Assembly (NCBI RefSeq): GCF_009914755.1
Contig: NC_060930.1
Length of the DNA stretch: 64,000 bases
DNA from: the human T2T-CHM13v2.0 reference genome, Homo sapiens
Strand: one strand, 5' to 3'
Shown here: one piece after another, positions 29,267 to 42,639 of the stretch
Layout of the letters: each line of letters opens with the position of its first letter
Position numbering within the stretch: the first letter of the stretch is position 1
Made by a program: the position numbers and the translations under genes
Notes under the pieces: generated by a model
Database searches by the model: none
Told to the model about the DNA's origin: nothing
What the model saw: only the letters and a program-made list of their open reading frames with translations

Positions 29267-32200
29267 TGTCAGAGGCATTTGAAACACAACAACTTTCTCT
29301 TGAATAGGGACTGGGTAAAATAAGGCTGAGACTTACAGGATTGCATTCCCAGACAGTTAGCACTCTAAGTCACAGGATGAGATAGGAGGTCAGCACAAGA
29401 TACAGCTCATAAAGACCTTGCTGGTCAAACAGGCTGCAGTAAAGCCAGCTATAACCCACCAAAACCAAGATGGCAATGAGAGGGACCTCTGGTCATCTTC
29501 ATTGCTACACTCCCACCAGTACTGTGACAGTTTACAAATGCCATGGCAACATCAGGAAGTTACCCTATATGGTCAAAAAACAGGAAACTCATTAATAACC
29601 CACCTTTTGTTTAGCATATAATCAAGAAATAACTATAAAAATGGGCAACTAGCAGCCCTCAGGGCTGCTCTGCCTGTGGAGTAGCCATTCTTTATTCCTT
29701 GACTTCCTTAATAAAGTTGCTTTCACATTATTCTATGGATTTGCCCTGAATTCTTTCATGTGTGAGATCCAAGAACCCTCTCTTGGGGTCTGGATCGGAC
29801 ACCTTTCCAATAACATCTTTCTGGTGAACCCTGAAGGGAGGATACTGAGGAGACCTCCCCTCCGCCAGCGCAAAGGAAACAGACTGCAGCACTGATTAAT
29901 TAACTTTGGGTAAGTGCTGGCGTACCCAGGTAAAGGACGTGATTGGGTTAGAGGCCCAATTTAGGGGAGTTAGAGTCTCTTCTAAGACAGAGAGGGTTAA
30001 AAGTCCCTCTTAATAAAAGGCAAAGACACTTGACTGAACTTGGGTTTGAGGACTAACTTAGAAAGGCTAGAGTCTTTCCTAAGACTGAGGGGATTAGAGG
30101 TCCCTCTCAGTAAAGTCCCCCTCAGCTAAGAACTAGTTTGGCACTATGGGATGTTAACTGCTATTTTCTTTGAATTAATTTCCCTTGCACTCTGCTGATG
30201 TCTATGGGTGACAGGATTAGGCATATACAGGATCATAGAAACATGGATAGTAATTGTCAGGCCTCTGAGCCCAAGCTAAGCCATCATATCCCCTGTGACC
30301 TGCACGTATATATCCAGATGGCCTGAAGTAACTGAAGAATCACAAAAGAAGTGAAAATGGCCTGTTCCTGACTTAACTGATGACATTACCTTGTGAAATT
30401 CCTTCTCCTGGCTCGTCCTGGCTCAAAAGCTCCCCCACTGAGCACCTTGTGTCCCCCACCCCTGCCCACCAGAGAACAACCCCCTTTGACTGTAATTTTC
30501 CATTACCTACCCAAATCCTATAAAACGGCCCCACCCCTATCTCCCTTCGATGACTGTCTTTTTGGACTCAGACCTCCTGCACCCAGGTGAAATAAACAGC
30601 CTCGTTGCTCACACAAAGCCTGTTTGGTGGTCTCTTCACATGGACACCAGTGAAATTTGGTTCCGTGACTCGGATCAGGGGACCTCTCTTGGGAGATCAA
30701 TCCCCTGTCCTCCTGCTCTTTGCTCTGTGAGAAAGATCCACCTATGACCTCTGGTCCTCAGACTAACCAGCCCAAGGAACATCTCACCAATTTTAAATCT
30801 GGTAAGTGGCCTCTCTTCACTCTCTTCTCCAACCTCTCTCACTATCCCTCAACCTCTTTCTTCTTTCAATCTTGGCACCACACTTCAATCTCTCCCTTCT
30901 CTTAATTTCAGTTCCTTTCCTTTTCTCGTAGAGACAGAGATGATGCATTTTATCTGTGGACCTGAAGCTCCAGCACCAGTCACGGACTTGGGTTTAATCA
31001 TGTGGGGATGCCTGCCTGATTATTTACCCACATTTCATTGGTGTCTGATCACCACGGGGATGCTTGCCTTGGTCATTCACCCACATTCCTTGGTGGCAAG
31101 TGAATTGCGGGGACGCCTGCTTTGGCTGCTCACCCACATTGCAGCCCAGGGCTGCTCACCCAACCCCTTCTCTCCATGTACCCACCCCTTCTCCACTTTC
31201 CTGGGGGGCAAGCACCTCCCACCCCTTTTACACTTTTCTGGGGGGCAAGCACCCCCCACTCCTTCTCTCTGTGTCTCTACTCTCTCTTTTCTCTGGGCTT
31301 GCCTCCTTCATTATGGACAACCTTCCACCTTCCATTCCTCCTTCTTCTCCCTTAGCCTGCATTCTCAAAAACTTAAAACCTCTTCAACTCTCAGCTGACC
31401 TAAAATCTAAGCATCTTATTTTCTTCTGCAACACTGCTTGACCCCAATACAAACTCGACAGTGGTTCCAAATAGCCAGAAAATGGCACTTTTGATTTTTC
31501 CATCCTACAAAATCTAGATAATTCTTGTCGTAAAATGGGCAAACGGTCTGAGGTCCCTGATATCCAGGCATTCTTTTACACATTGGTCCCTCCCTAGTCT
31601 CTGTTCCCAATGCAACTCATCCCAAATCTTGCTTCTTTCCCTCCTGCCTGTTCTCTCAGTCCCAACCCTAATCATCACTGAGTCTTTCCAATCTTCCTTT
31701 TCTACAGACTCATCTGACCTGTCCCCTCCTCACCAGGCTGCTCCTTGCCAGGCCGAGCTAGGTCCCAATTCTTCCTCAGCCTCTATTCCCTGACCCTATA
31801 ATTCTTTTTTCACCTCCCCTCCTCACACCCGGTCTGGTTTACAGTTTCGTTCCACAACTAGCCCTCCCCCACCTGCCCAGCAATTTCCTCTTAAAAAGGT
31901 GGCTGGAGCTAAAGGCGTAGTCAAGGTTAATGTTCCTTTTTCTTTATCTGACCTCTCCCAAATCAGTTAGCATTTAGGCTCTTTTTCATCAAATATAAAA
32001 ACCCAGCCCGGTCCATGGCCCTTTTGGCAGCAACCCTGAGACTGTTTACAGCCCTAGACCCTGAAGGGTCAGAAGGCCATCTCATTCTAAATATGCATTT
32101 TATTACCCAGTCAGCTCCTGACATTAGAATAAAGCTCCAAAAATTAAATTCCAGCCCTCAAACCCCACAACAGGACTTAATTAACCTTGCCTTCAAGGTG

Positions 32201-35200
32201 TACAATAATAGAGTAGAGGCAGCCAAGTAGCAATGTATTTCTGAATTGCAATTCCTTGCCTCCACTGTGAGACAAACCCCAGACACATCTCCAGCACACA
32301 AGAACTCCAAATGCCTGAACCGCAGCTGCCAGGGGTTCCTCCAGAACCTCCTCCCCCAGGAGCTTGCTACAAGTGCCAGCAATCTGGCCTCTGGGCCAAG
32401 GAATGCCTGCAGCCTGGGCTTCCTCCTAGCCATGTCCCATCTGTGCAGGACCCCACTGGAAATTGGACTGTCCAACTTGCCCCGCAGCCAGTCCTAGGGC
32501 CCCTAAAGCTCTAGCCCAAGGCTCTCTGACTGACTCCTCCCCAGATCTGCTCAGCTTAGCAGCTGAAGACTGATGCTGACCAATCACCTCGGAAGCCCCC
32601 TGGACCATGATGGACACTGAGCTTTGGGTAACTCTTATGGTGGAGGGTAAGTCCGTCCCCTTCTTAATCAATACGGAGGCTACCCACTCCACATTACCTT
32701 CTTTCCAAGGGCCTATTTCCCTTGCCTCCATAACTGTTGTGGGTATTGATGGCCCAGCTTCAAAACCCCTTAAAATTCCCCCACTCTGGTGCCAACTTGG
32801 ACAACATTCTTTTATGCACTCTTTTTTCAGTTATCCCCACCTGCCCAGTTCCCTTATTAGGCCAAGATATTTTAACCAAATTATCTGCTTCCCTGACTAT
32901 TCCTGGACTACAGCCACATCTCATTGCCGTCCTTCTTCCCAACCCAAAGCCTCCTTTGCGTCTTCCTCTTGTATCCCCCAACCTTAACCCACAAATATGG
33001 AATACCTCTACTCCCTCCCTGGCAACCGATCACATGCCCATTACCATCCCATTAAAATCTAATCACCCTTACCCTACTCAGCGCCAATATCTCATCCTGC
33101 AGCATGCTTTAAAAGGATTAAAGCCTGTTATCACTCACCTGCTACAGCATGGGCTTCTAAAACCTATAAATTCTGCTTACAATACCCCCATCTTACCTGT
33201 CCTAAAACCAGACAAGCCTTACAGGTTAGTTCAGGATCTGCGCCTTATCGACCAAATTGTTTTGCCTATCCACCCCGAGGTGCCAAACCCATATACTCTC
33301 CTATCCTTAATACCTCCCTCCACAACCCATTATTCTGTTCTAGATAAACCTAGCTGACCCCATAAATCCTAAATCCTTTCCCCACTCCCCTTTCCATTCC
33401 TTAAAAAACAGCCCTAAAAGCTGCTCCTACGCTGGCTCTCCGTAACTCTTCACTCCCTTTTCATTACATACAGCTGAAGTGCAGGGCTGTGTGGTCGGAA
33501 GTCTTATACAAGGACCAGGACTGCGCCCTGTAGCCCTTTTATCCAAACAACTTGACCTTACTGTTTTAGCCTAGCCCTCATGTCTGTGTGTGGTGGCTAC
33601 CACTGTGTTAATGCTTTTAGAGGCCCTCAAAATCCCAAACTATGCTCAGCTCACTCTCTACAGTTCTCATAATTTCCAAAATCTATTTTCTTCCTCTCAC
33701 CTGGCTCCTTCAGCTATACTCACTCTTAGTTGAGTCTCCCACAATTACCATTGTTCCTGGCCTGGACTTCAATCTGGCCTCCCACATTATTCCTGATACC
33801 ACACCTGACCCCCATGACTGTATCTCTCTGATCCACCTGACATTCACCCCATTTCCCCATATTTCCTTCTTTCCTGTTCCTCACCCTGATCACACTTGGT
33901 TTATCAATGGCAGTTCCACCAGGCTTAATCGCCACACACCAGCAAAGGCAGGCTATGCTATAGTATCTTCCACATCTATCATTGAGGCTACCGCTCTGCC
34001 CCCCACTATCTCTCAGCAAGCTGAACTCATTGCCTGAACTTGGGCCCTCACTCTTGCAAAGGGACTACAAATCAATATTAATACTGACTCTAAATATGCC
34101 TTCCATATCCTGCACCACCATATGGGCAGAAAGAAATTTCTCACTATGCAAGGGTCCTCCATCATTAATGCCTCTTTAAAAAAAAAACATTTCTCAAAGC
34201 TGCTTTACTTCCAAAGGAAGCTGGAGTCATTCACTGCAAAGGCCATCAAAAGGCACCAGATCCCATCGCTCAGGACAATGCTTATGCTCATAAGGTAGCT
34301 AAAAAAGCAGCCATCAAAAGGCATCAGATCCCATCACTCAGGACAATGCTTATGCTGATAAGGTAGCTAAAAAAGCAGCTAGCATTCCAACTTCTATCCC
34401 TCACGGCAGTTTTTCTCCTTCTCATCTGACCACTCCCACCTACTCCCCACTGAAACTTCCACATATTAATCTTTTCCCACGTAAGGCAAATGGTTCTTTG
34501 ACCAAGGATCTCCTTCCAGCCTCACAGGCCCATTCTATTCTGTCATCATTTCGTAGTCTCTTCCATGTAGGTTACAAGCCACTAGCCCATCTCTTAGAAC
34601 CTCTCATTTCCTTTCCATCGTGGAAATCTATCCTCAAGGAAATCACTTCTCAGTGTTCCATCTGCTATTCCACTACTCCCCAGGAATTTCTCAGGCCCCC
34701 TCCCTTCTCTACACATCAAGCTCGGGGATTTGCCCTGCCCAGGACTGGCAAATTGACTTTACTCACATGCCCCGAGTCAGGAAACTAAAATACCTCTTGG
34801 TCTGGGTAGACACTTTCACTGGATGGGTAGAGGCCTTTTCCACAGGGTCTGAGAAGGCCACCATGGTCATTTCTTCCCTTCTGTCAGACATAATTCCTCG
34901 TTTTGGCCTTCCCACCTCTATACAGTCTGATAACGGACCAGCCTTTATTAGTCAAATCACCCAAGCAGTTTCTCAGGCTCTTGGTATTCAGTGGAACCTT
35001 CATACCCCTTATCATCCTCAATCTTCAGGAAAGGTAAAATGGACTAATGGTCTTTTAAAAACACACCTCACGAAGCTCAGCCACCAACTTTAAAAAAAGG
35101 ACTCTGTCAAGAATAGAGCCCAAAAACTCACCAACCAAACAAGTAATTACACTGAACCCCCTTGGACACTCTCTAATTGGATGTCCTGGGTCCTCCCAAT

Positions 35201-38200
35201 TCTTAGTCCTTTAATACCTATTTTTCTCCTGCTTTTATTTGGACCTTGTGTCTTCTGTTTAGTTTCTCAATTCATACAAAAATGCATCCAGGCCATCACC
35301 AATCATTCTATATGACAAATGCGCCTTCTAACAACCTTACCGCAAAATCTTCCTTCAGCTTAATCTCTCCCACTCTAGGTTCCCACGCTGCCCCTAATTC
35401 CACTCGAACCAGCCCTGAGAAACATCACTCATCATCTCTCCATACCACCCCCCAAAATTTTCACCACCCCAAAACTTTACCAATATTTTGTTTTTTGTTA
35501 TTTTTCTTATTAATATAAGGAGACAGGAATGTCAGGCCTCTGAGCCCAAGCTAAGCCATCATATCCCCTGTGACCTGCACGTATACATCCAGATGGCCTG
35601 AAGTAACTGAAGAATCACAAAAGAATTGAAAATGGCCTGTTCCTGCCTTAACTGATGATATTACCTTGTGAAATTCCTTCTCCTGGCTCATCCTGGCTGA
35701 AAAGCTCCCCCACTGAGCACATTGTGACCCCCGCCCCTGCCTGCCGAGAACTACCCACTTTGACTGTAATTTTCCTTTACCTACCCACATCCTATAAAAC
35801 GGCCCCACCCTATCTCCTTTCACTGACTCTCTTTTCGGACTCAGCCTGCCTGCACCCAGGTGAAATAAACAGCCTTGTTACTCACACAAAGCCTGTTTGG
35901 TGGGCTCTTCACACGGACACGAGTGAAAGTTATTTCTTCCTAAGAGGGACGCTTGAGAGCGGATAGGACTGCTGGAAAAGATCCCTTCGCTACCGACAAG
36001 TGGTCACCTGAACAGTGTTACTGTAATGGGTGGGTCTTTCTCTGGCCTCCCTGAGCACCTCTCCTTCCCCACCCTGCCACAGGAGGAGCTGCCCCTGCCG
36101 CCCCACCAGACAATGCTTTTCTCCCTTTCTCTCCTTTCTCTTTTCTATTTTTTCTGTTACTCAGGGTAACTGTCTGCTCTTTCATTGTGCCCAGAGACCA
36201 CATGTTGAAAAATGTCCTTGGGAGCTTGAACTTGTAACCACATGGCAGTTCTTTCTCTTGGTTTCCACCATCCAACAGATAGGAATTTGGGGGTTCATGT
36301 CATATTTATCCCTAAAAATTATCTTGAACAGTTAAAAGACTTTGCAAGCTCAGAATTGGCTGCTCTAAAATCCTTCTGGGAAGAACAACGGAAACCAGCC
36401 AATGCTGTAGCTCAATAGCTAAGGCTTCACCATTTTACAATGGTGGCCCAGGGTTCAATCCTGGCTTAGGGAATGAATCCTTTCTGGTTTAAAATCTGTA
36501 TAACCTTTACCACTGGTTAATTCTCTTCCTCTCCACAAACCATCTTGAACTTTCCTTTCTCTGAGCAAAAAATATCGGCTGTTTGGCATGGCTAAAGTCA
36601 GGTAATAAGATATTTAAAAGGATTTGAGTGCTATGGTTAAAAGTCAGTTTGTTCAAGCTCTAACAGCCTGGAACTCCTTGGGAAAAACAGAGGAGACATC
36701 ACAGACCTCCTTTTGGTAAAACCTCTGTTTTCCTCATAAAGCCCAAGGAATTAAAGTGGATAGATCCATCTCAAAATCTAAGGGTCTGTTCTATTTTTCA
36801 TTGCATTATCTGATGTTTTTGACTTGGAGGGTATCAGAAATTACTATACATTATGAGAGAGCTTTGATGTGTGACTAGGTAGGAAATATAGTTTCAGGGA
36901 TAGCTAATGGCAGTTATGGGGAGATCCTCAGCTCTTTGCAAGTTTACATCAGAAAAGCATGCTCTTGGCCACCTAGAAGTTATGAAAATGTCCCCATTCC
37001 CCACTGACAGATAAGATTCCTATAGGAAATGGGCTGATTTCCTCTTTTTGGGTTAGAGGATATGGTATAAAAATGAGACCCTTAATTTCAGGGAATCTGT
37101 TTTTGCCTTTCAGCTGTGTCTGCTTAATAGGCCCTAGAAGCTGCATACTTTGAAGAGAAACTTAAAGTAGCAAATGAAAAATTTTACAACTACTGACTCT
37201 TCTGTCTGTGAATTTATATGTGCTGTGTGTATGATATGAAAGAGTTTTGATTAATAGGTTTAAAAATAATAAGAGCTTAAGTCAAATATTCTTGGCAGAA
37301 AAGTAAAAAGTGTAATGCTTTTTAGTTCATGTGACTTAAGTAATCTTTGGGAAATAAAAACAGTTGTACATGCCAGGTGTGTAAAAAAAGTGAAATGTAT
37401 TTTTGGTAAAAGATTATAAGAAGTCATAGAAATATGGCTTTTTCTGCCTAGATTAAAGGGTTAAAGGATTGTTTAAAGTTAAATAAGATAAAGCTGAAGG
37501 TTTCAACAAGTTGTGGAGGATTTGTGAAAAATTAATCATGTAAAAGAAATTCTGTGTGTGAATATATTGGCTAAAGTTAAAGGGGTATCATTCAGTTTTT
37601 CCATAAATTGAACATTAGGATAAAAGCACAATAGGTTTTTCTTACAGCACTGATCTGCTCTTTAATAAAAAGTTTGTAAAGAGTTATAAAAGGTTTATGA
37701 GAATCCTACCTTATGGTCAAACATTAAAATTGGGTAGATATGTCTATGAAGGTTTAACATTAATAGTACACTAATGTAAAAGTGAAATTTGACTTATGTA
37801 GTATAAAAGTCATACAGGAAGCATTGTTGAACATAAAATGGTGTTTGGCTGTCTTTGGGCTCTATTTGTATAAATACATTAATGGTATGTGTTCCAAAAT
37901 TATATGAAACTCCTATAATTCTGATAGGACTTAGTGTACATTATCAGTAATAATTATAATTGCTATGTTAAATTAATGTGTGCTACAGAAGTAACATATT
38001 TATTTGTCAATTGTGTTTTTGACTGTGGCTGCCCTAAGACTTTACCATCCACAGACAATTGTTTTGTGTTGATCCTCTTCAAAAGGTGGTTTTATAATCA
38101 ACTATAGGACTTTAACAGGTATTCTTGAATGCAGGTTTCTGATAACTTTGGAGATTGTGACATTAGAATAGAGGAAAATACTTTCAGGACTCTCAGGGAG

Positions 38201-40170
38201 AGGTGAAATGTTCATGTATATCAAACAAAGCAGGAGTTAACTGCATGGACTGAATAAAAGACCGAAGTATTCTTTTTTAATTTTTTGCTTAAAACGTTGC
38301 TGATCCTTTGTTTTGTTTTTCAGAGTCAAGGAAACTTTTCTTTTGAGCTATTAGTATTTACAGCTTGTAGCAATTAAGTCAAGTATATTCCTGTGAAAAA
38401 CTTTGGAGCACATTTGTTTCTCTCTACCTGATTTCTCCAGAATTTGAAAATTATTTGTGAGTACTCTTAACTTATGGCAATATAGTTATTTGCATAAGTG
38501 CAATAAGAATCTGTTTTCTTTTGCAACAGGACACAGTTGGAGAAACTGGTTATTTTTACCAAGGCTTTGACTGGAATGTTGTGCTTTCCTTTAAGAAATC
38601 AAACTTAACTGGTAGAGCCAATAAAAGTCCCCTGGGAAAACTGACATCATACCTTGTCTACATAGTCCCTGTACAGGGTTCCTGACCTGTGGTAAGTAAA
38701 AAATGTCACTTTCTGACAGACCCAGGAGCCTGAGTTACCTAGGGACCTCAAGAGGAGAGGCATTTACTCAACTTATTGGTATTAGAGGGTACAAACCCAT
38801 GGCTGGGCTTGGCTTTGAAAAAAAAAGTCTTATCTGAGATTCCTTTTATGGAACAAAGTTTTGTCAAAGCCAATTTAAAAAGCCTATGTGAAAAATAATT
38901 ATTTTTGCTGCACTTTATACAAATAATCAGGCCAAGTACAATAAAGCAAATCAGTCCTACCAAGATTTGTCTTTAGCAAAAATGGGAAACTGGAGAGAGA
39001 AAAATTATGTTTCAAGAACAATGGTATACCTGTTATTATATTCTAGTCTTATCAGTTGTTTTAAGCTTTTCTTCCTGCACTTTAGACTGACCCTGCTCAT
39101 TCCAACGAGTGATTCCTGCAGTTCAGAAGAAACAAGAGGGATGGGTAATATAAAAATCTGGATCAATATTCTAATTCTGGGCTCATTGGAATCAGGTAGT
39201 GACCCCATATCAGCATGGTTTCAACAATTGCCAGGTTCATGGAAAGCCTTCTAATTTAGTTTGCTTGGGATAATTTTGCTTATTTTTCTTTACTGTTGTG
39301 GAACATATTGCCGTTTTACTCTTTGTGTAGGAATACACAAAGGGTTGTGCAGGATAAGCTTACCAAATGTTTTCTTAAATTAAACTCTTATTAATCTTTC
39401 AGATATCACTTTTTGTCAGAACTCAGAGTTATGAATGGCCCTCACCATACTGATGCTTTCTGACTGAGCTCCTCTCTACCCTGAATACAAGAGACCCTAA
39501 TACTTAATCAGAAATATCATCACCCTTAATCAGAATGAAAAAGTTACAGAAGATGGATCTTTGTCTCTCTGCAACCATTAAGATTAAGAGTTCTCTTACA
39601 AAAGGGAATGGGGAAATCTCAGAGGTGTTTGAACCAGAGAAACTTTATCTTGAAGAGGGGCTGGGTAAAATAAGGCTGAGACTTACAGGGCTGCATTCCC
39701 AGACAGTTAGGCATTCTAAGTCACAGGATGAGATAGGAAGTTGGCACAAGATACAGGTCATAAAGACCTTGCTGATCAAACAGGCTGCAATAAAGAAGCT
39801 GGCTACAACCCACCAAAACCAAGATGGCAATGAGAGTGACCTCTGGTTGTCCTCACTGCTACACTCCCACCAGTGCCATGACAGTTTACAAATGCCATGG
39901 CAACATCAGGAAGTTACCTTATATGGTCTAAAAACGGGGAACTCATAAATAATCTACACTTTGTTTAGCATATAATTAAGAAATAACCATAAAAATGGGC
40001 AACAAGCAGCCCTCAGGGCTGCCCTGCCTATGGAGCAGCCATTCTTTATTTGTTTACTTTCTTAATAAACTTGCTTTCACATCACTCTGTGAACTCGCCC
40101 TGAATTCCTTCTTGTGTGAGATCCAAGAACCCTCTCTTGGGGTCTGGATTGGGACCCCTTTCTGGTAACA
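29267..40170 (+). mobile_element. MER41 provirus (LTRs 29267-29815 and 39617-40170; MER4-group internal region) interrupted by HERV-H
   Basis: Paired homologous LTRs; purine tract AAAAGGGAATGGGGAAA before the 3' LTR; non-coding internal region. Confidence 0.87.
30255..35928 (+). mobile_element. HERV-H provirus (LTR7 30255-30655 and 35530-35928), common deleted ~5.7-kb type
   Basis: tRNA-His PBS TGGTTCCGTGACTCGGAT at 30658-30675 (1 mismatch); gag Zn-knuckle remnant (CYKCQQSGLWAKEC), protease, truncated RT, RNase H, integrase piece 34620-35093 (WQIDFTH...SDNGPAF); PPT; TSD GTAAT/GTTAT. Confidence 0.95.
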
Positions 40171-40833
40171 GAGACAGGCTTGTTATGAGGCTGAAATGAA
40201 TTAATATTGTCAAAGGCTTAGAATAGTGCCTGGCACATGGTATATACAGTGGAAGTGCCTATTAAATAATTAACCTCTCAAAATGTCTCCAAGCCTCCCA
40301 AGATTCACTTGGTTATTGTATTGTAAGTAATGCAAACAAGAAACACATTCAGCTGGCATCTGAATCTCTGAAGTGAGTGAATCATGATGAATACAACTGA
40401 TTAATAAAATTACCATTCGTTTGGCATTTTATATTTGCAAAGACAGGCCTAGTTAACCAGAATAATCCTTGTTGATTTTTCCAGTGCTCTTTCAGCCAGG
40501 ATTTTCCAGTGTGTTGACTTTCAGTCTTCTTTGATTATCGTTTTATGGCTATTTCAAGACCACAATTAGCACACCATTATTGTGTGGAAAAGAAAGAGAA
40601 AGAAGTTAAAATGAAAAACTATTAGGTTTTCTTTCCACTAGCCACTCATACTAAAGGTTAGTGAGGGAAGAATATGAAATTACTTTCAAGAATAAAATTA
40701 GAATTGTCTTTGAGTTTACTTTAAATATTGAAATGTAGTTATAATCCTTTATCTTTCCTGCAGGAAGGTGTCAGGCAGGAACAAGGGTCAATAAAGTACT
40801 ATTTGTTAAATAGTACTTAGAGAAACATGAAGT

Positions 40834-41472
40834 TGTCAAAGTTGTTTGAACCAGAGTGACTCTGTCTTGGATAGGGGCTGGGTAAAATGGGGCTGAGACC
40901 TACTGGGCTGCATTCCCAGGAGGTTAGGCATTCTTAGTCACAGGATGATAGGAGGTCAGCAAAAGACACAGGGTCACAAAGACCTTGGTGATAAAACAGG
41001 AAGTGGTAAAGAAGCTGGCCCAAACCCACCAAAACCAAGATGGCGATGGAAGTGACCTCTGGTCATCCTCACTACTCATTATACACTAATTATAATGCAT
41101 TAGCATGTTAAAAGACACTCCCACCAGCACCATGACAGTTTACAGATGCCAGATGCCATGGTGATGTCCGGAAGTCACCCTATATAGTCTGAAAAGGGGA
41201 GGAACCCTCAGTTCCAGGAACTGCCCATCCCTTTCCTGGAAAACTCACGAATAATCCACTCCTTGTTTAGCATATAATCCAGAAGTAACTATAGGTTACT
41301 CAACTGAGCAGCCCATGCTGCTGTTCTGCCTATGGAGTAGCCATTCTTTATTCCTTTACTTTCTTAATAAACTTGCTTTCCTTTTACTCTATGGATTGAC
41401 CTCGAATTCTTTCTTGTGCAAGATCCAAGAACCCCCTCTTGGGGTCTGGGTCAGGACCTCTTTCCAGTAACG
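40834..41472 (+). mobile_element. MER41B-like solo LTR with tandem GAS/STAT motifs
   Basis: Homologous to the two MER41 LTRs; TSD AAGT at 40830-40833 and 41473-41476; TTCCAGGAA at 41212-41220 and TTCCTGGAA at 41233-41241. Confidence 0.88.
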
Positions 41473-41997
41473 AAGTAACCATCTGCTATCCAGAAATGTC
41501 CTGCTGACCCATTAGTCACCCACTGTCCACCTAAGGGAGTGGCCAAGATTGAGTGGTCTCTAACTTCCTCCATGGCAGGAAGGAGGACAGAGGGTTTGAT
41601 GGGTACCTCCTCATGATGAAAAGAGGGTTCTGAGGACAGTTTCCTTAGCCAGTGTTGGGGGAGAAAGAAATAGGGGTCACATATGTCTCAGGAGTAGCAC
41701 CAGCTACTCTGTGGCCAAGTTATCTCAGGATAAAGAGCTTGTGCTCTGTCAACTTTGGCCATCTTATTGCTATTAAACTGGATCATGGAGGAATTCATTG
41801 CATCTGTTTTGCAGGTAAGTTCCATCAGTGGTTTGGAACTTTTGCTGGCAGATCTAGAGTGGTGGAAAATTTTCCCCCTCACAAATTCCGTGAGAAGAAG
41901 GGGAAGAAAAGGAATGAGCAGGGTAGCTGTGTGGGGCATTGGGCAGCCTTAGGAGTGAAGTGGTGGGAGCTTCCCCTGATAACGGAAATGAGTGACT

Positions 41998-42639
41998 GAG
42001 GAAAATGTCCCAGTCAGTCGAGGTTTATTAAGTCAGCTTTAGGGCATGTCCCTGAAAAGCAATGAGCCACAGACACATCTGTGGCTGGTTTTACAAAGAG
42101 GCTTTCAGGAGGTTGGTATTTATACATTTCCTTAAAGTAGGGAGGCAGGTAGGGAGAGGGGCAGGTAGGCCGTAGAGGAATGTTTCCATCCTTGTGAGAC
42201 TTTAACTAGTGCCCAGTTAAATTTACATTTTACATATGATAAGGTGAATGTTTAAAGAGAAAATGGGAGTAAAGAAAAGAATCAATTATGCAGGCCTCTC
42301 TGAGTAGGTGGAGGAATGACTGATCTTGTCTTTATTCTGTACATTGGGAAATAAGCTTGCAATCAACATTATCAGTGTGGAATCAGCAGACTTTAGTTTT
42401 AGAAGCTAAGCTTAGATTGTAGACCTAAAATTCTTGTCTACAGGAGGCCAGCAAAGAATTTACTTATGAATGACCTGCAGGGGTGGTCCTTTGTAGATAA
42501 CTGAGGCATGATGTATAATGCTTGTAACAGCTATTCATCTGGAAGAGGGTGTTGCATGACTCAACCTCCAGGCTTAGTCTTCCCTTTTGCATAAGGATTC
42601 TGGGGGTCCTGAGATTTTTAAATTTCCTTTCCCTTTACA
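41998..42639 (-). mobile_element. ERV1 solo LTR (MER34-like group)
   Basis: Minus strand begins TGTAAAGGGAAAGG...AATCTCAGGACCCCC and has AATAAA near its 3' end; family uncertain. Confidence 0.55.

Noticed and set aside
32607-35093. HERV-H pro/pol/integrase ORFs as functional proteins
   Set aside because: Protease active site reads NTEA, the RT core is deleted, and there are many stops and frameshifts.
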